Part shown: positions 42,194-51,641 of the stretch, piece by piece
How the letters are laid out: each line of letters begins with the position of its first letter
Numbering within the stretch: the stretch's first letter is position 1
NCBI GenBank assembly: GCA_963663965.2
Contig: CAXXFK010000040.1
Location: 32,001 to 96,000, forward strand
Length of the DNA stretch: 64,000 bases
DNA from: Sedimentisphaerales bacterium
GTDB taxonomy: Bacteria; Planctomycetota; Phycisphaerae; Sedimentisphaerales; SM23-30
Direction: 5' to 3'
The notes under the pieces: generated by a model
Told to the model about the DNA's origin: nothing
Database searches by the model: none
Seen by the model: only the letters and a program-made list of their open reading frames with translations
Translations under genes and position numbers: made by a program

Positions 42194-42647
42194 TGATGTT
42201 TTCGTTATTTCATTACTCAGCAGGGCTTTAGTCTCTTACGAGTAGAGTCTTGCGCAAAATGGCAAAGAAAACATAACAGGGTGAACCATGCTGCTATGAC
42301 CCTGTTTGGCGCCGGCACTGCCGGATTAGGCATCAATTCCAATAACAGTCATGTTCGACTGCCTGCTCGAACATGACATGATCTATTTCATTTACATTCT
42401 AACAGCTCTGCGGCTATATGTCATTTAACGCTTCGCAACAAAAAAATACAAAAGTACTCTTTTAGAATCTCCAATGATGATCCTTTTATTTATAACTCCT
42501 GATGCCATGCCGTTTGGGATACCTGGAATGATACCTACTGGGTAAGAAAGTTGCTGAGCGCTCGCAAGCTAACATATTACTCGCTCTGCATTTATCTTCC
42601 GGCGCAACGGAAAAATCATTTGTAATGGGTATCGCTTCCGATAACAT

Positions 42648-42683
42648 AAAAGCAGGGCGGCCAGTCAAGTCTGGACCGCCCTG
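42648..42683 (-). terminator. Intrinsic terminator
   Basis: CAGGGCGG-CCAG...CTGG-A-CCGCCCTG hairpin with a minus-strand T tract, after the 42709 stop. Confidence 0.65.
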
Positions 42684-42708
42684 TATATTGTTGTTAGGAC
42701 ATCAATAC

Positions 42709-44283
42709 TCAATAGTATAAGGTTTCGGTCAGAGTCGAATCTTCCAGCCAACTCTGTGCTAAAGCCGCAAAATCGGCAAGATCGACAACACAGTTGCCCG
42801 TGATATCGCCGGCCGGATCGCCCGCATAGCCGGGAGACTGACGGGCGGCCTGGCAGGAATTGGCGTATACCCCAACCTGGCACTGAGCCGACTCTTCCCA
42901 ATAGCCATCATTGACGGTAAGTGTCAAAGTCCGTACACCGGTCGAACTGATAGTCAGCGTTGGATCTTCAATCGCCGCGTTGTCAAATACAACATCCGGA
43001 TCATCCGCAGGATCAACCGTCCATGCATAGGTTATTCCAGTTGTATCATCAACCACAGTAGCATCCATCAGAATAACCGCTTTGCCGGTTACCTCATCAA
43101 GCCAGGAGCTTACATTCTTAATGCTTATTTCAGGCTTAGCGTTATCAATTACCAAAAATTTTAGTACAGCACCTTCGATAGTGCTGCCGCTTCCATTATC
43201 AATATCAACCTGCCAGTAATAGGTTTGGCCGGCAACAATTGGCTGCGGAGCGGATGAGCTGCGAGTGCCGGTGGTCACAATCATGCCATCAACGGCCTTG
43301 CTGTAAACAGCCGGATTCAATTTGTTGGGGTCTGTACCAAACCAGACATCTGCATTCATAGTCGCGCCGACATGATTTGGATCGATATAATTATCCCATT
43401 CCAGGGTAACGGTGCCCGAGCCCCCAGTTGTCAGGATGATGCCGTTGTACTCAGGAAAAGGATTAAGTGGATTTATCGCTGTAACGGTCGTACGCCCCGG
43501 AGTAGTTTCATTGTAGTCATAAACAATTGTACCTTTGCCGCCAAAGCCAACCAGTTCTCCGCGGTCTATCATCGTTTGAACATCTGTCGTCCTGTTTCCG
43601 TTAATAATCCATGTTGCAAAATCAATATCGACATTCAGACTGCCGGTCGGGCTATCGTAGAGGGCTAATACGGCTGGATTTAAATATCCAGTGTCAAAAA
43701 GACCATCATTCAAGTCCAGCGTAACCTGACATTTTGACTCGTAAGCACCCAATTGGTCGTTCTTTATTGTTCCACCGTTCAAGATTAACTTACCTTGCCG
43801 CGTACCTGAACCCCAGTCACCGAATAACATCAGCCCACATTCTGCGTAACCGCCTTCGTTGACGATAAGGGTTCCATTGGCATTCTGGCCACCGCAAAAG
43901 GTGAATCTTTGACCCGGGTTGTTCCAGGTTCCGTCGACCTCGGCAGTAAAAGTGGAGGAACCTGCCTCTCTTGAAATGAAGACGGTCCCGCCTGAATTCA
44001 GAGTGGCTCCCGGGGCGATGTACAAACTACTTACACCGCCATAATGGCCGAATGATCCTGCACCATGCGAATAACTTTCGCCGGCAGGTATTTCTACAGC
44101 ACCGCTTGGGATTCTGACTTCATCAGCGGATGTTGGCACAGTCCCGCTATTCCAGTTTGCCCCAGTACCCCAGTTGGAGTCCGAACCGCCGCCTGTCCAG
44201 CTGACAATTGCAGCCAAAGCCGGGGTACTGATACAAGCTATACACACCAATAAAAAGGTTCTTTTCAATAAAACAGTACTCAT
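42709..44283 (-). CDS. Secreted protein with passenger-like beta-strand region, PKD-like domain and dockerin-like tail
   Basis: Signal peptide, WTGGGSDSNWGTGANW, TYYWQVD, GDITGNCVVDLADFAALAQSWL. Confidence 0.75.
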   Translation of the reverse strand: MSTVLLKRTFLLVCIACISTPALAAIVSWTGGGSDSNWGTGANWNSGTVPTSADEVRIPSGAVEIPAGESYSHGAGSFGHYGGVSSLYIAPGATLNSGGTVFISREAGSSTFTAEVDGTWNNPGQRFTFCGGQNANGTLIVNEGGYAECGLMLFGDWGSGTRQGKLILNGGTIKNDQLGAYESKCQVTLDLNDGLFDTGYLNPAVLALYDSPTGSLNVDIDFATWIINGNRTTDVQTMIDRGELVGFGGKGTIVYDYNETTPGRTTVTAINPLNPFPEYNGIILTTGGSGTVTLEWDNYIDPNHVGATMNADVWFGTDPNKLNPAVYSKAVDGMIVTTGTRSSSAPQPIVAGQTYYWQVDIDNGSGSTIEGAVLKFLVIDNAKPEISIKNVSSWLDEVTGKAVILMDATVVDDTTGITYAWTVDPADDPDVVFDNAAIEDPTLTISSTGVRTLTLTVNDGYWEESAQCQVGVYANSCQAARQSPGYAGDPAGDITGNCVVDLADFAALAQSWLEDSTLTETLYY

Positions 44284-44558
44284 TTTGCACCTCGAAAATA
44301 AAAAAGTGAAAAGGTTACAACTTTAGAATATCAAACAGTTAGCTTTTCTGTTTGTATCTACACAAACCTGATATTCTTCTGTCGCTTTGACTGACGGCCA
44401 CCAAAGCCGCCATCGTACAGGTTAACATGAAACGACTAACATTTTCGCCATTCAATTCTCCTTACAAAAAATTTAAACATTAACTTTGATACATCCACAA
44501 TTTGCTTTTTTCAGTTTAGCAGTATACTTTAAAAGCCATGTCTATTTGCGCTTTCTTC

Positions 44559-46265
44559 TCAATCCTGCAAAATCAGCTCAGGCGCCCCAAAAACACCGTG
44601 GTCATTATCATTGCTCTGCTGGCCGCAAGTGACGAGCAAGGTTATAAACCGGTGAGTTCCCTCAGTCAGGTCAATTTCAACAGGAACAGCGTTGTTTTCA
44701 ATATGCTTCAGCGATTGATAAAAAACCGGTTTTCCATCCAGGAAAACATGGAAATCCGCCGTCCTTTCGGGGTCATAGTTGTTTTTAATGATTGACTCAT
44801 TAATTCCGCATAACGCCTTGAATGAAACAATGCTGAGACCGGAAATGTTTTGCCGAATCTTATCCAGATCAAAGGTGATCCCGCAGTTAGCATGTATCAG
44901 GATCGCGGGGTTCTCATCGACGCCATATCTTGTTCCGTTCAGAGTCACTATACCCTCTTTACGGTATGGCTGCGTCTGAATCCTCCACCGCATGCTTCCT
45001 GTGAGCTCGGGAAAGTCTGGAATACTTAAACCGGTTGTGCTGAGCGGCAGGTTTCCGCTCGCCTCGTACCCGGGGACGATCACACAGTCCACAGCAGGCA
45101 GATCAGGGACCGCTCGCATATACGACAAGTGTAATTTCGTCACTCCGGAAGGATCGGACCCCAAAGGCGTCTCCTCAGTAGCAGTAAAGCGGCCCGTATC
45201 AGGCATAATACAGAATCCTTTCCTTCCCGTTCCAAAACCATTTCCACCGCTCACAATATCGGCAAGATCAATACTTTTTTTACCCTTCCAAATAAAATTG
45301 TTAATGGAGTCAATCTGATGAACAAACCGAGTCTTATTGTAGGGTATATCCCTGACAAATCCATCGTTGTAAACCTTTTTGGCGGCGCCGGCATCCACAT
45401 TTACCTCGGATTTATTGCCGCTTTGAAAACCAGTGAAAAGCACTGTCCTGCCTTTGGTTACATGCAGTTGAGTTTCTTTGTTTGTATCGACTTCAACACC
45501 GAACTCGGTGCCCAGGTCAACGATCTTATTATCTCCGGCCACAACTGAAAAGCCCCTTGCTCTTTCGGGAACAATGGTATAAATACGGCCGCGTACCAAC
45601 TCCATTTCATTATCATTCAGCAAAACCCATGTAGCGGGAGCTTCGATTGTCATATTTGTCCCGCTATTAAAATCAATACTCACATAGCCATGGGTTAATC
45701 GGTAGGTTTTTTGGATTAGATGGCCATTCTGGTCGGGCGTTTGCATTGAGTGATCCCAAACAGCGCCGATCTGGTCGATAAGCCGGGCGACTACGGGAGG
45801 GGAGGGGGCGTTTTGGTGTCGTGTGAGCCAGACGTCAAACCACAACAATGCCATAAATGGCATCATAAAACAGGCCACATTAAACAGTATCCGCCGTCGG
45901 TAACCAACCGGACGGGGGCCGCGAGGGGTATAGCTTCGGCCCACCATATCTTCTTCCGGTTCTTCCATAACAATCCTGGGGGCGGTCTTTTCTTCTTCGG
46001 CCAGTTTCTCTAATGAACAGGTGATATCTTCAGAGACATCATCCCCTCCTCTACCGATAACATCAGCTTCTGATGCCTTGAGATTGTCTTTGCTCAAATG
46101 CCAATCCAACCCGGTATGAACAACCATAAGCTCCAGGTAATATTTCATTGCTTGCGGGTCAGCCGCTAGAATCTTGCCCAGTAACTCTTGCTGCTGATCA
46201 TCGGCACTGCCATTCATAACCGCAATAATCAGCTCGCCCAGATCTGTTTTATCTATATGCTTCAT
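44559..46265 (-). CDS. FecR-domain anti-sigma factor with C-terminal NPCBM-like domain
   Basis: One TM helix, GFSVVAGDNKIVDLGTEFGVEV, IHANCGITFDL...FGAPEL. Confidence 0.88.
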   Translation of the reverse strand: MKHIDKTDLGELIIAVMNGSADDQQQELLGKILAADPQAMKYYLELMVVHTGLDWHLSKDNLKASEADVIGRGGDDVSEDITCSLEKLAEEEKTAPRIVMEEPEEDMVGRSYTPRGPRPVGYRRRILFNVACFMMPFMALLWFDVWLTRHQNAPSPPVVARLIDQIGAVWDHSMQTPDQNGHLIQKTYRLTHGYVSIDFNSGTNMTIEAPATWVLLNDNEMELVRGRIYTIVPERARGFSVVAGDNKIVDLGTEFGVEVDTNKETQLHVTKGRTVLFTGFQSGNKSEVNVDAGAAKKVYNDGFVRDIPYNKTRFVHQIDSINNFIWKGKKSIDLADIVSGGNGFGTGRKGFCIMPDTGRFTATEETPLGSDPSGVTKLHLSYMRAVPDLPAVDCVIVPGYEASGNLPLSTTGLSIPDFPELTGSMRWRIQTQPYRKEGIVTLNGTRYGVDENPAILIHANCGITFDLDKIRQNISGLSIVSFKALCGINESIIKNNYDPERTADFHVFLDGKPVFYQSLKHIENNAVPVEIDLTEGTHRFITLLVTCGQQSNDNDHGVFGAPELILQD

Positions 46266-46861
46266 TATATATCTTCTGTACGCAATTTCCAGTTAATGCA
46301 TTCCATTAACTGGCTGTTTATTCTCGCCATAACCTTATAAAGACCTTGGATCGAACGGCCGGCCTCCTCGGCAATGGATTTGATCGTCTTCTTTTGTTCG
46401 TAATGTAATTTCAGCAATTTAATATCCTTACCGGGCAATTTCTTCAAACATTCCTGCAAATGACCTATCCTGCTATCGGTCTGGTTCACCGTGGAGGATG
46501 CCGATTCAATGATCTTACGAAACTGCTCATCGTTGAAATGGATCCGGCTGCGCTGCATCTTCTTGCGATAAGCCATGACCTTATTCAACGCAATTTTTGC
46601 ACCCCAACCAAAAAAATTCGTCCCGGGCTCAAATTCGCCAAATTTCTGCCACATCACCGAGGCCGTCTCCTGCATGAGATCATCCGCATCAGCAACATTT
46701 GTCACTAACATCAGGATATAGGCCCGTATCCGGTTCTGATGCAGCATGAACAGGCTAAAGAATAACTTCGATTGTTCGTTTTCCATTTTCATATTATTGA
46801 CCGGAAAGTCCGAATATGTACATATTTTAGACAATCTCCTATTATCTGCCGGGCTGTCCAT
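46265..46861 (-). CDS. ECF sigma-70 factor (planctomycete type)
   Basis: RIRAYILMLV...ADDLMQET...WQKFGEFEPGTNFFGW; adjacent to FecR. Confidence 0.92.
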   Translation of the reverse strand: MDSPADNRRLSKICTYSDFPVNNMKMENEQSKLFFSLFMLHQNRIRAYILMLVTNVADADDLMQETASVMWQKFGEFEPGTNFFGWGAKIALNKVMAYRKKMQRSRIHFNDEQFRKIIESASSTVNQTDSRIGHLQECLKKLPGKDIKLLKLHYEQKKTIKSIAEEAGRSIQGLYKVMARINSQLMECINWKLRTEDI

Positions 46862-47128
46862 AAACTAGCAATTAATACTATTCCCTTATCGCCGAGAGCA
46901 CCATCCCAAAAAATTGAGGGCAAGTGAATACATTTCACACCTATTTATTACCTGCCAATTATAAATTAGAGCATAAATATTAAAAAACCAACCATAATTA
47001 CCATAAGTATATACATAACATAACGTTACAAGAACACCGAATTCTCACCTTTAAAAAGAGCCAAGGTTACTGAATCAGCATGACATCCAGCCCCCTACTA
47101 CCCTATTTGTGATAATCCACTCCCCCAT

Positions 47129-47155
47129 ACCTCCGTGACAACCCTGCCATTTTCC
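47129..47155. repeat. Junction J8 left part: 27-bp perfect direct repeat with 49363-49389
   Basis: ACCTCCGTGACAACCCTGCCATTTTCC at both positions. Confidence 0.92.
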
Positions 47156-47194
47156 AGTTGTCCTTTTGTCTTTTTGACTCCTGCCAGATATAAG

Positions 47195-47516
47195 CTGGTC
47201 TGTCAGAAATGGCAGGAAATTCGACTGGCAGGAAAAGACAGAAGAAGAATGGACTAATGAGAAAATGGCTAATAATATACTCAGAAATTTTAAAAGGCAT
47301 TGTCTAAAAATAGACATTCGAACCCCTCTCAAACTCAATATTCACTGTTTGAGAAAGGCCTATGGCACGACTCAGGCAAATCATGGTGTTCCTTTTCAGA
47401 CACTCCAAAAAATGATGGGGCATAGTTCGATAGTCACGACCATGCAATATTACCTTATAAGTAGTCCTGAGCAGGAAGAAAAGGCAAAAAGGGTGATGGA
47501 GGAGGTCATGGGGTAG
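47195..47516 (+). pseudogene. Junction J8: 3' fragment of a tyrosine integrase
   Basis: ...MANNILRNFKRHC...IHCLRKAYG...LQKMMGHSSIVTTMQYY...VMG*; no upstream box-I Arg or N-terminal domain. Confidence 0.9.
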
Positions 47517-47558
47517 GGGGGGAAGTGATTAAATGGCGAAATGAATACTGGCATCAAT

Positions 47559-48086
47559 CTACAAATCAAGCTTCTCTTTAAATCTTTTAAGTGTTTGCAT
47601 TTTAATATATTTGTTCTTGGATTGAATATCTTGAGCAATATGATATGCTTTCTTGTCTGTTATTACCTTTGCAGAAACCAAATATAGCATAATTTCCAAT
47701 CCCCAGATACAGTGTATTTTATGGAGAGAACATATAGTTCTCAAAGGCTTGTCATTAGTAAGGCAAGTCCAATCCTTATCTCGTGCCATAACAAAACAGA
47801 TGGCGTCCTCTCCTGACAGAGAAGGCTTTTTCATTCTGATTTTAGTTGCCTCAATGATTTGTAATAATGTTGGTTCGACTATTACAATACCGAGGTCCAG
47901 AACCTCTTTAATGCTTAATTGGTCAACTTCTTTTAAAACAGGCAATGGGATGTATAGCGTTTGAACATGCTTACTGATTAGCCTTAGAAGATCAGGTGCA
48001 GACTTGGCATAATCTATCAAAACATTAGCATCAGATATTATTCCGGCTTTGATAGTTGTTTTTGTCATACAGATATTTCCGCCCAT
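47559..48086 (-). CDS. PIN-domain protein (DUF3368-like), putative nuclease/toxin
   Basis: IISDANVLIDY, VLKEV, LSGEDAIC, LTNDKPLR acidic PIN pattern. Confidence 0.8.
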   Translation of the reverse strand: MGGNICMTKTTIKAGIISDANVLIDYAKSAPDLLRLISKHVQTLYIPLPVLKEVDQLSIKEVLDLGIVIVEPTLLQIIEATKIRMKKPSLSGEDAICFVMARDKDWTCLTNDKPLRTICSLHKIHCIWGLEIMLYLVSAKVITDKKAYHIAQDIQSKNKYIKMQTLKRFKEKLDL

Positions 48087-49201
48087 GAATTGATTATCTC
48101 CCTCATATTCATGAGCGATACATTTAATATTTCTGCTGCTCGACTAACAGTAATTTCTGCTTTATCCAATGCTTTTCTGACAAGGGAAACGAGATAATCT
48201 TCTACGAAGTCAGGTTTAGTAAGTGGGAATGGTTCTTTGTGAGAACCCAGATTATCTCCATATTTGAGTTTATAGATAGCATGGAATTTTTGTGATAATT
48301 TTCCATAGTCGCCTAATTTCATGTCTGACAACCGATGCAAAACAGCCTGATAACTAACGCCAAAATACCGTTTAATGTGCAAAATACGATCAATGAATCC
48401 AAGTCCATAGGATTCATCAAGTTTCTTTTTGAAAGTCTCATCTGGCATCAAGAAATATCCTGCGAAGATATTCGCTTCTTTTTCTTCTTGTTCGGATTCT
48501 TCCGTTTGAACAGGATCATATGCCTTTGGATGTAATATGAGATGTCCTAATTCATGGGCAACAGTAAATATTTGCCTTTCAATCGATATATTGAAATTAT
48601 TATTAACCATGATTGCAGGTCCACCATCTAATTCTGATATAGAAAAGCCAAAGAAATGCTTAAGATCAAAACTTTGAGTTTTAATCTTGATGCCGGCATT
48701 TTCCATTAAGCCAATAATGTCTCCAATTGGCTCATCTACTTTCAATTTCAATGCCAATCTCGTCAATTCAGCAGACTTTTTGGGACGGTCAGATTTTATT
48801 TTTCCCGCATCTTGAATGACTTTTTTGAGTTTATATTCTTTTTTGTCTGCAACTATTGATTGGAGGTGATTGAAATTCTTAAGCCAGTACGCTGCGTCAA
48901 TCAGGTATTGTTCCTTTTTAGCCTCTTCTTTTTGATTTTTGATTGAATTACTTCTGAACCGAACCGTATTGAGTTTGATGGGTTCTTCAAATAAATCTAC
49001 AATTGATACATCTAAGGCGTCGGCAATTGCCTGTAGATTACTTACCTTAGGATCTTTAGTCTTCCCGCTTTCAATATCAACAAAGGCTTGTCGTGAAATG
49101 TTTGCGGACCTTGAGATAGCAGTCTGGGTAATACCCCGACTGATTCTTATTCGTTTTATATTTATGGAAAGCAGTTCTTGTGGATTCATGATGCCACCCA
49201 A
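48065..49201 (-). CDS. Xre HTH fused to ImmA/IrrE (M78) metallopeptidase
   Basis: N-terminal HTH; RQIFTVAHELGHLILH (HExxH), EKEANIFAGYFLMP. Confidence 0.92.
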   Translation of the reverse strand: MGGIMNPQELLSINIKRIRISRGITQTAISRSANISRQAFVDIESGKTKDPKVSNLQAIADALDVSIVDLFEEPIKLNTVRFRSNSIKNQKEEAKKEQYLIDAAYWLKNFNHLQSIVADKKEYKLKKVIQDAGKIKSDRPKKSAELTRLALKLKVDEPIGDIIGLMENAGIKIKTQSFDLKHFFGFSISELDGGPAIMVNNNFNISIERQIFTVAHELGHLILHPKAYDPVQTEESEQEEKEANIFAGYFLMPDETFKKKLDESYGLGFIDRILHIKRYFGVSYQAVLHRLSDMKLGDYGKLSQKFHAIYKLKYGDNLGSHKEPFPLTKPDFVEDYLVSLVRKALDKAEITVSRAAEILNVSLMNMREIINSWAEISV

Positions 49202-49253
49202 TCATTTATTTACATAGTATCTTTAATAACACAATATGACAAGCTGACTTTAC

Positions 49254-49283
49254 ATTATATGCATCGTCTACAATAACTGTCAA
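49254..49283 (-). promoter_or_regulatory. Consensus sigma70 promoter
   Basis: Minus strand TTGACA-N18-TATAAT upstream of the Xre-ImmA gene. Confidence 0.7.
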
Positions 49284-49362
49284 GTTGAATATTTTCATTA
49301 TATTTCCCACAATTCATGTTGTAGCCCTAAAACTGACACAGTTAACACAAACCCACCCCCTG

Positions 49363-49535
49363 ACCTCCGTGACAACCCTGCCATTTTCCCCGTTCACCCC
49401 CCACACCCTCACCACTCAAAACCAGAATGCCAAAGACGCTGTACAGTCGCTGGGAGGAGTATTTAAGCAATTTCGACCTGTTTCATAAAATAAAAAAACT
49501 CCTGCAAAAGTTTATTTCACAAGAGTTAAAAAAAC
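49363..49535. repeat. Junction J9: arm repeat abutting the tRNA 3' end
   Basis: 27-bp repeat, then CCACTCAAAACCAGAATGCCAAAGACGCTG...CTCCTGCAAAAGT...CACAAGAGTTAAAAAAAC. Confidence 0.92.
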
Positions 49536-49609
49536 TAGCGGCGGCCGGAATTGAACCGGCGACCTGCGGGCTATGAATCCGCCGCTCTAACCATCTGAGC
49601 TACACCGCC
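49536..49609 (-). tRNA. tRNA-Met (CAT), elongator type, CCA not encoded
   Basis: GGCGGTGTAGCTCAGATGGTTAGAGCGGCGGATTCATAGCCCGCAGGTCGCCGGTTCAATTCCGGCCGCCGCTA folds as a cloverleaf; paired position 1-72 and no three-GC initiator stem. Confidence 0.95.
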
Positions 49610-49802
49610 ACATATTCAATTGTTAATCTCTCGATCTCTCAAATCGATCCTCCAGCCCGGCCAGACTGTCTCATCTGCCAGCCAGAGCCGCATATTATAG
49701 CCCGGCCACCGCCCTTTTGTAAAGTATAATTTAACACTTTCGCCCGCCTCCGCCATCGCAAACATAAATCGATTATCAACAAATACTTATACACAACCTC
49801 CC

Positions 49803-50414
49803 TTACGGATCAGCCTGGATCCGCTTCACCCGCCGCGGGATCTCAATCACATCGCCCGGCTTCAGCCCCAGCGCCTCCGCCTGACCCGCCGCCAGTTCCA
49901 GGGCATACATCACTGCCGAATGGCTGTTGTACAACTCCGTCTGCTCACCCGGCGGCGGCGCCTTCATCGTCATCACCGAATCGATCTGTCCGGTCGCCCG
50001 GATAAACACAATATCGATATCCATCCGGCAGTTTTCCATATGAAACGTCAGCGGCTGCGTTCGCCCAAACACAAACAACATCCCCGTATCGGGCGGCATT
50101 GATTCCCGGTACATCAATCCCAGCCGCCGGGCCGACTCGGTATACGCCAGTTCCACCTCATGCTTCACCCCGCCCAATACCAGCGTCTCGGTCGGCAGCT
50201 TCGGATTCCCCAGGTACGGCTCACTTACCTGCCCCGGCTCAACGACGCCAGTGCCACCATCCGACGCCGGACCCGCCTCATCCCGCTTCGTACAAGAAGG
50301 CGTCAGCAGAATCGGAACCAGCAACACCGTTGTCAAAACTGTCATCATCATCGTTCGTTTCCACATATCCATTCTCAACAGGTTACACATCCACCCTATT
50401 GCATCTAAAAACAA
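49803..50414 (-). CDS. DUF192 family lipoprotein
   Basis: VELAYTESARRLGLMYR...GMLFVF...FHMENC...ALELAAG. Confidence 0.9.
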   Translation of the reverse strand: MFLDAIGWMCNLLRMDMWKRTMMMTVLTTVLLVPILLTPSCTKRDEAGPASDGGTGVVEPGQVSEPYLGNPKLPTETLVLGGVKHEVELAYTESARRLGLMYRESMPPDTGMLFVFGRTQPLTFHMENCRMDIDIVFIRATGQIDSVMTMKAPPPGEQTELYNSHSAVMYALELAAGQAEALGLKPGDVIEIPRRVKRIQADP

Positions 50415-50696
50415 ATCAGGCCACAGACGCCAATCTCCCCATTCCCCGGCAGTTTTTCACCTTCTTGCCTTCTTATCTTCTTGCCTTTTCGCCTTTTAGC
50501 TTTTTTTATTGGTGTTTATTCGTACTACAATTCATAATTTCTTTGTTTTCTTAACAGGTATTTCTTGCATCAGTGTCAATAGGTTATTTTAAAACAACAA
50601 TTTGTATCGCTTAGCGCCTTTTGTCAACTTTTAACTCCGCCAGCAGATACCCACCCTTTGCGACTCAGCGTCTTTGCGTTAAATCGGCTGTTTTTC

Positions 50697-51392
50697 TTAG
50701 TGGCTTGGTGGCTTTGTGTGAGCTGTATTTTCTTTAGTTTCGGCTTGGCCGCCCCAGGGTTCTACTGTTCCCGTGTCATCCCCCGCTCCAACCTCCCGTG
50801 CGAATTCCCCGATCAATTCCCCCAGCCGCTCCATCGGCAGCCCGACAATATTCGATTCGCTTCCACTAATCGACTGCACAAACCGGTCGCCCCCCTCCTG
50901 CAGGGCATACGCTCCCGCCTTATCGCGCCAGGCCCCACTGGCCAGATAATCCTCCAACTCAGCCTCATCCATCGGCCGCATTACCAGTTCCGTCACCACA
51001 TGGGTCACCACCCGCCACCGCGCCGCCGCGCAGATCAGCGCCACCCCGGTAATCACCTCATTTCGCCCCCCGAACAGATTCGTCAATATCCGCCGCGCGT
51101 CCGCCAGATCCCGCGGCTTCCCCACCAGCGTCTCCCCATGCCGCACAATCGTATCCGCCCCGATCACCAGCGCCTCCGGATACCGCAGCGCCACCGCCGC
51201 CGCCTTGATATAAGCCAGCGACTCCGCCCAGTAGCCCGCTGCCGCGCCGCCTCCCTCCGCCGGCGCGCCCGGCTCCTCAATCTCCGGCCGCACCACCTCA
51301 AACGCGTACCCCGCCCCCAGCATCAACTCCCGCCGCCGCGGCGAGCCAGACGCCAGGATTATCGGATAAGCTAATTTAACTTTATGGGCCAT
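50697..51392 (-). CDS. maf: Maf-family nucleotide pyrophosphatase
   Basis: IILASGSPRRRELM, VIGADTIV, GKP, DKAGAYALQ, NIVGLP. Confidence 0.93.
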   Translation of the reverse strand: MAHKVKLAYPIILASGSPRRRELMLGAGYAFEVVRPEIEEPGAPAEGGGAAAGYWAESLAYIKAAAVALRYPEALVIGADTIVRHGETLVGKPRDLADARRILTNLFGGRNEVITGVALICAAARWRVVTHVVTELVMRPMDEAELEDYLASGAWRDKAGAYALQEGGDRFVQSISGSESNIVGLPMERLGELIGEFAREVGAGDDTGTVEPWGGQAETKENTAHTKPPSH

Positions 51393-51641
51393 ACTTGATC
51401 ATCCTCAAAACAAATATTATGGCACAATTGATCTAAAATTGCAACACACACTTAATTGATAATCAACTCAGCAATCACAACTATTGTTCCTTTTACAGAG
51501 AATATTTGCGACCTGTCTGCCAAGGTATTATAATCGTAATCAATTACTTCGAATCTAAAAGACTGAACTCAATTAATAATTCATTAGAAAATTTGTCGCA
51601 AAAAATTTCGATCCGGTTTTCTCAAAACAGGGAGATTTCGC

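Noticed and set aside
742..49535. Junction repeats as a CRISPR array or classical integron attC sites
   Set aside because: Spacing is kilobases and irregular, the repeats are not palindromic, no RYYYAAC/GTTRRRY boxes were seen, and there is no cas or intI gene.
1..49535. Prophage or conjugative element
   Set aside because: No structural, terminase, replication, relaxase or T4SS genes were recognised.
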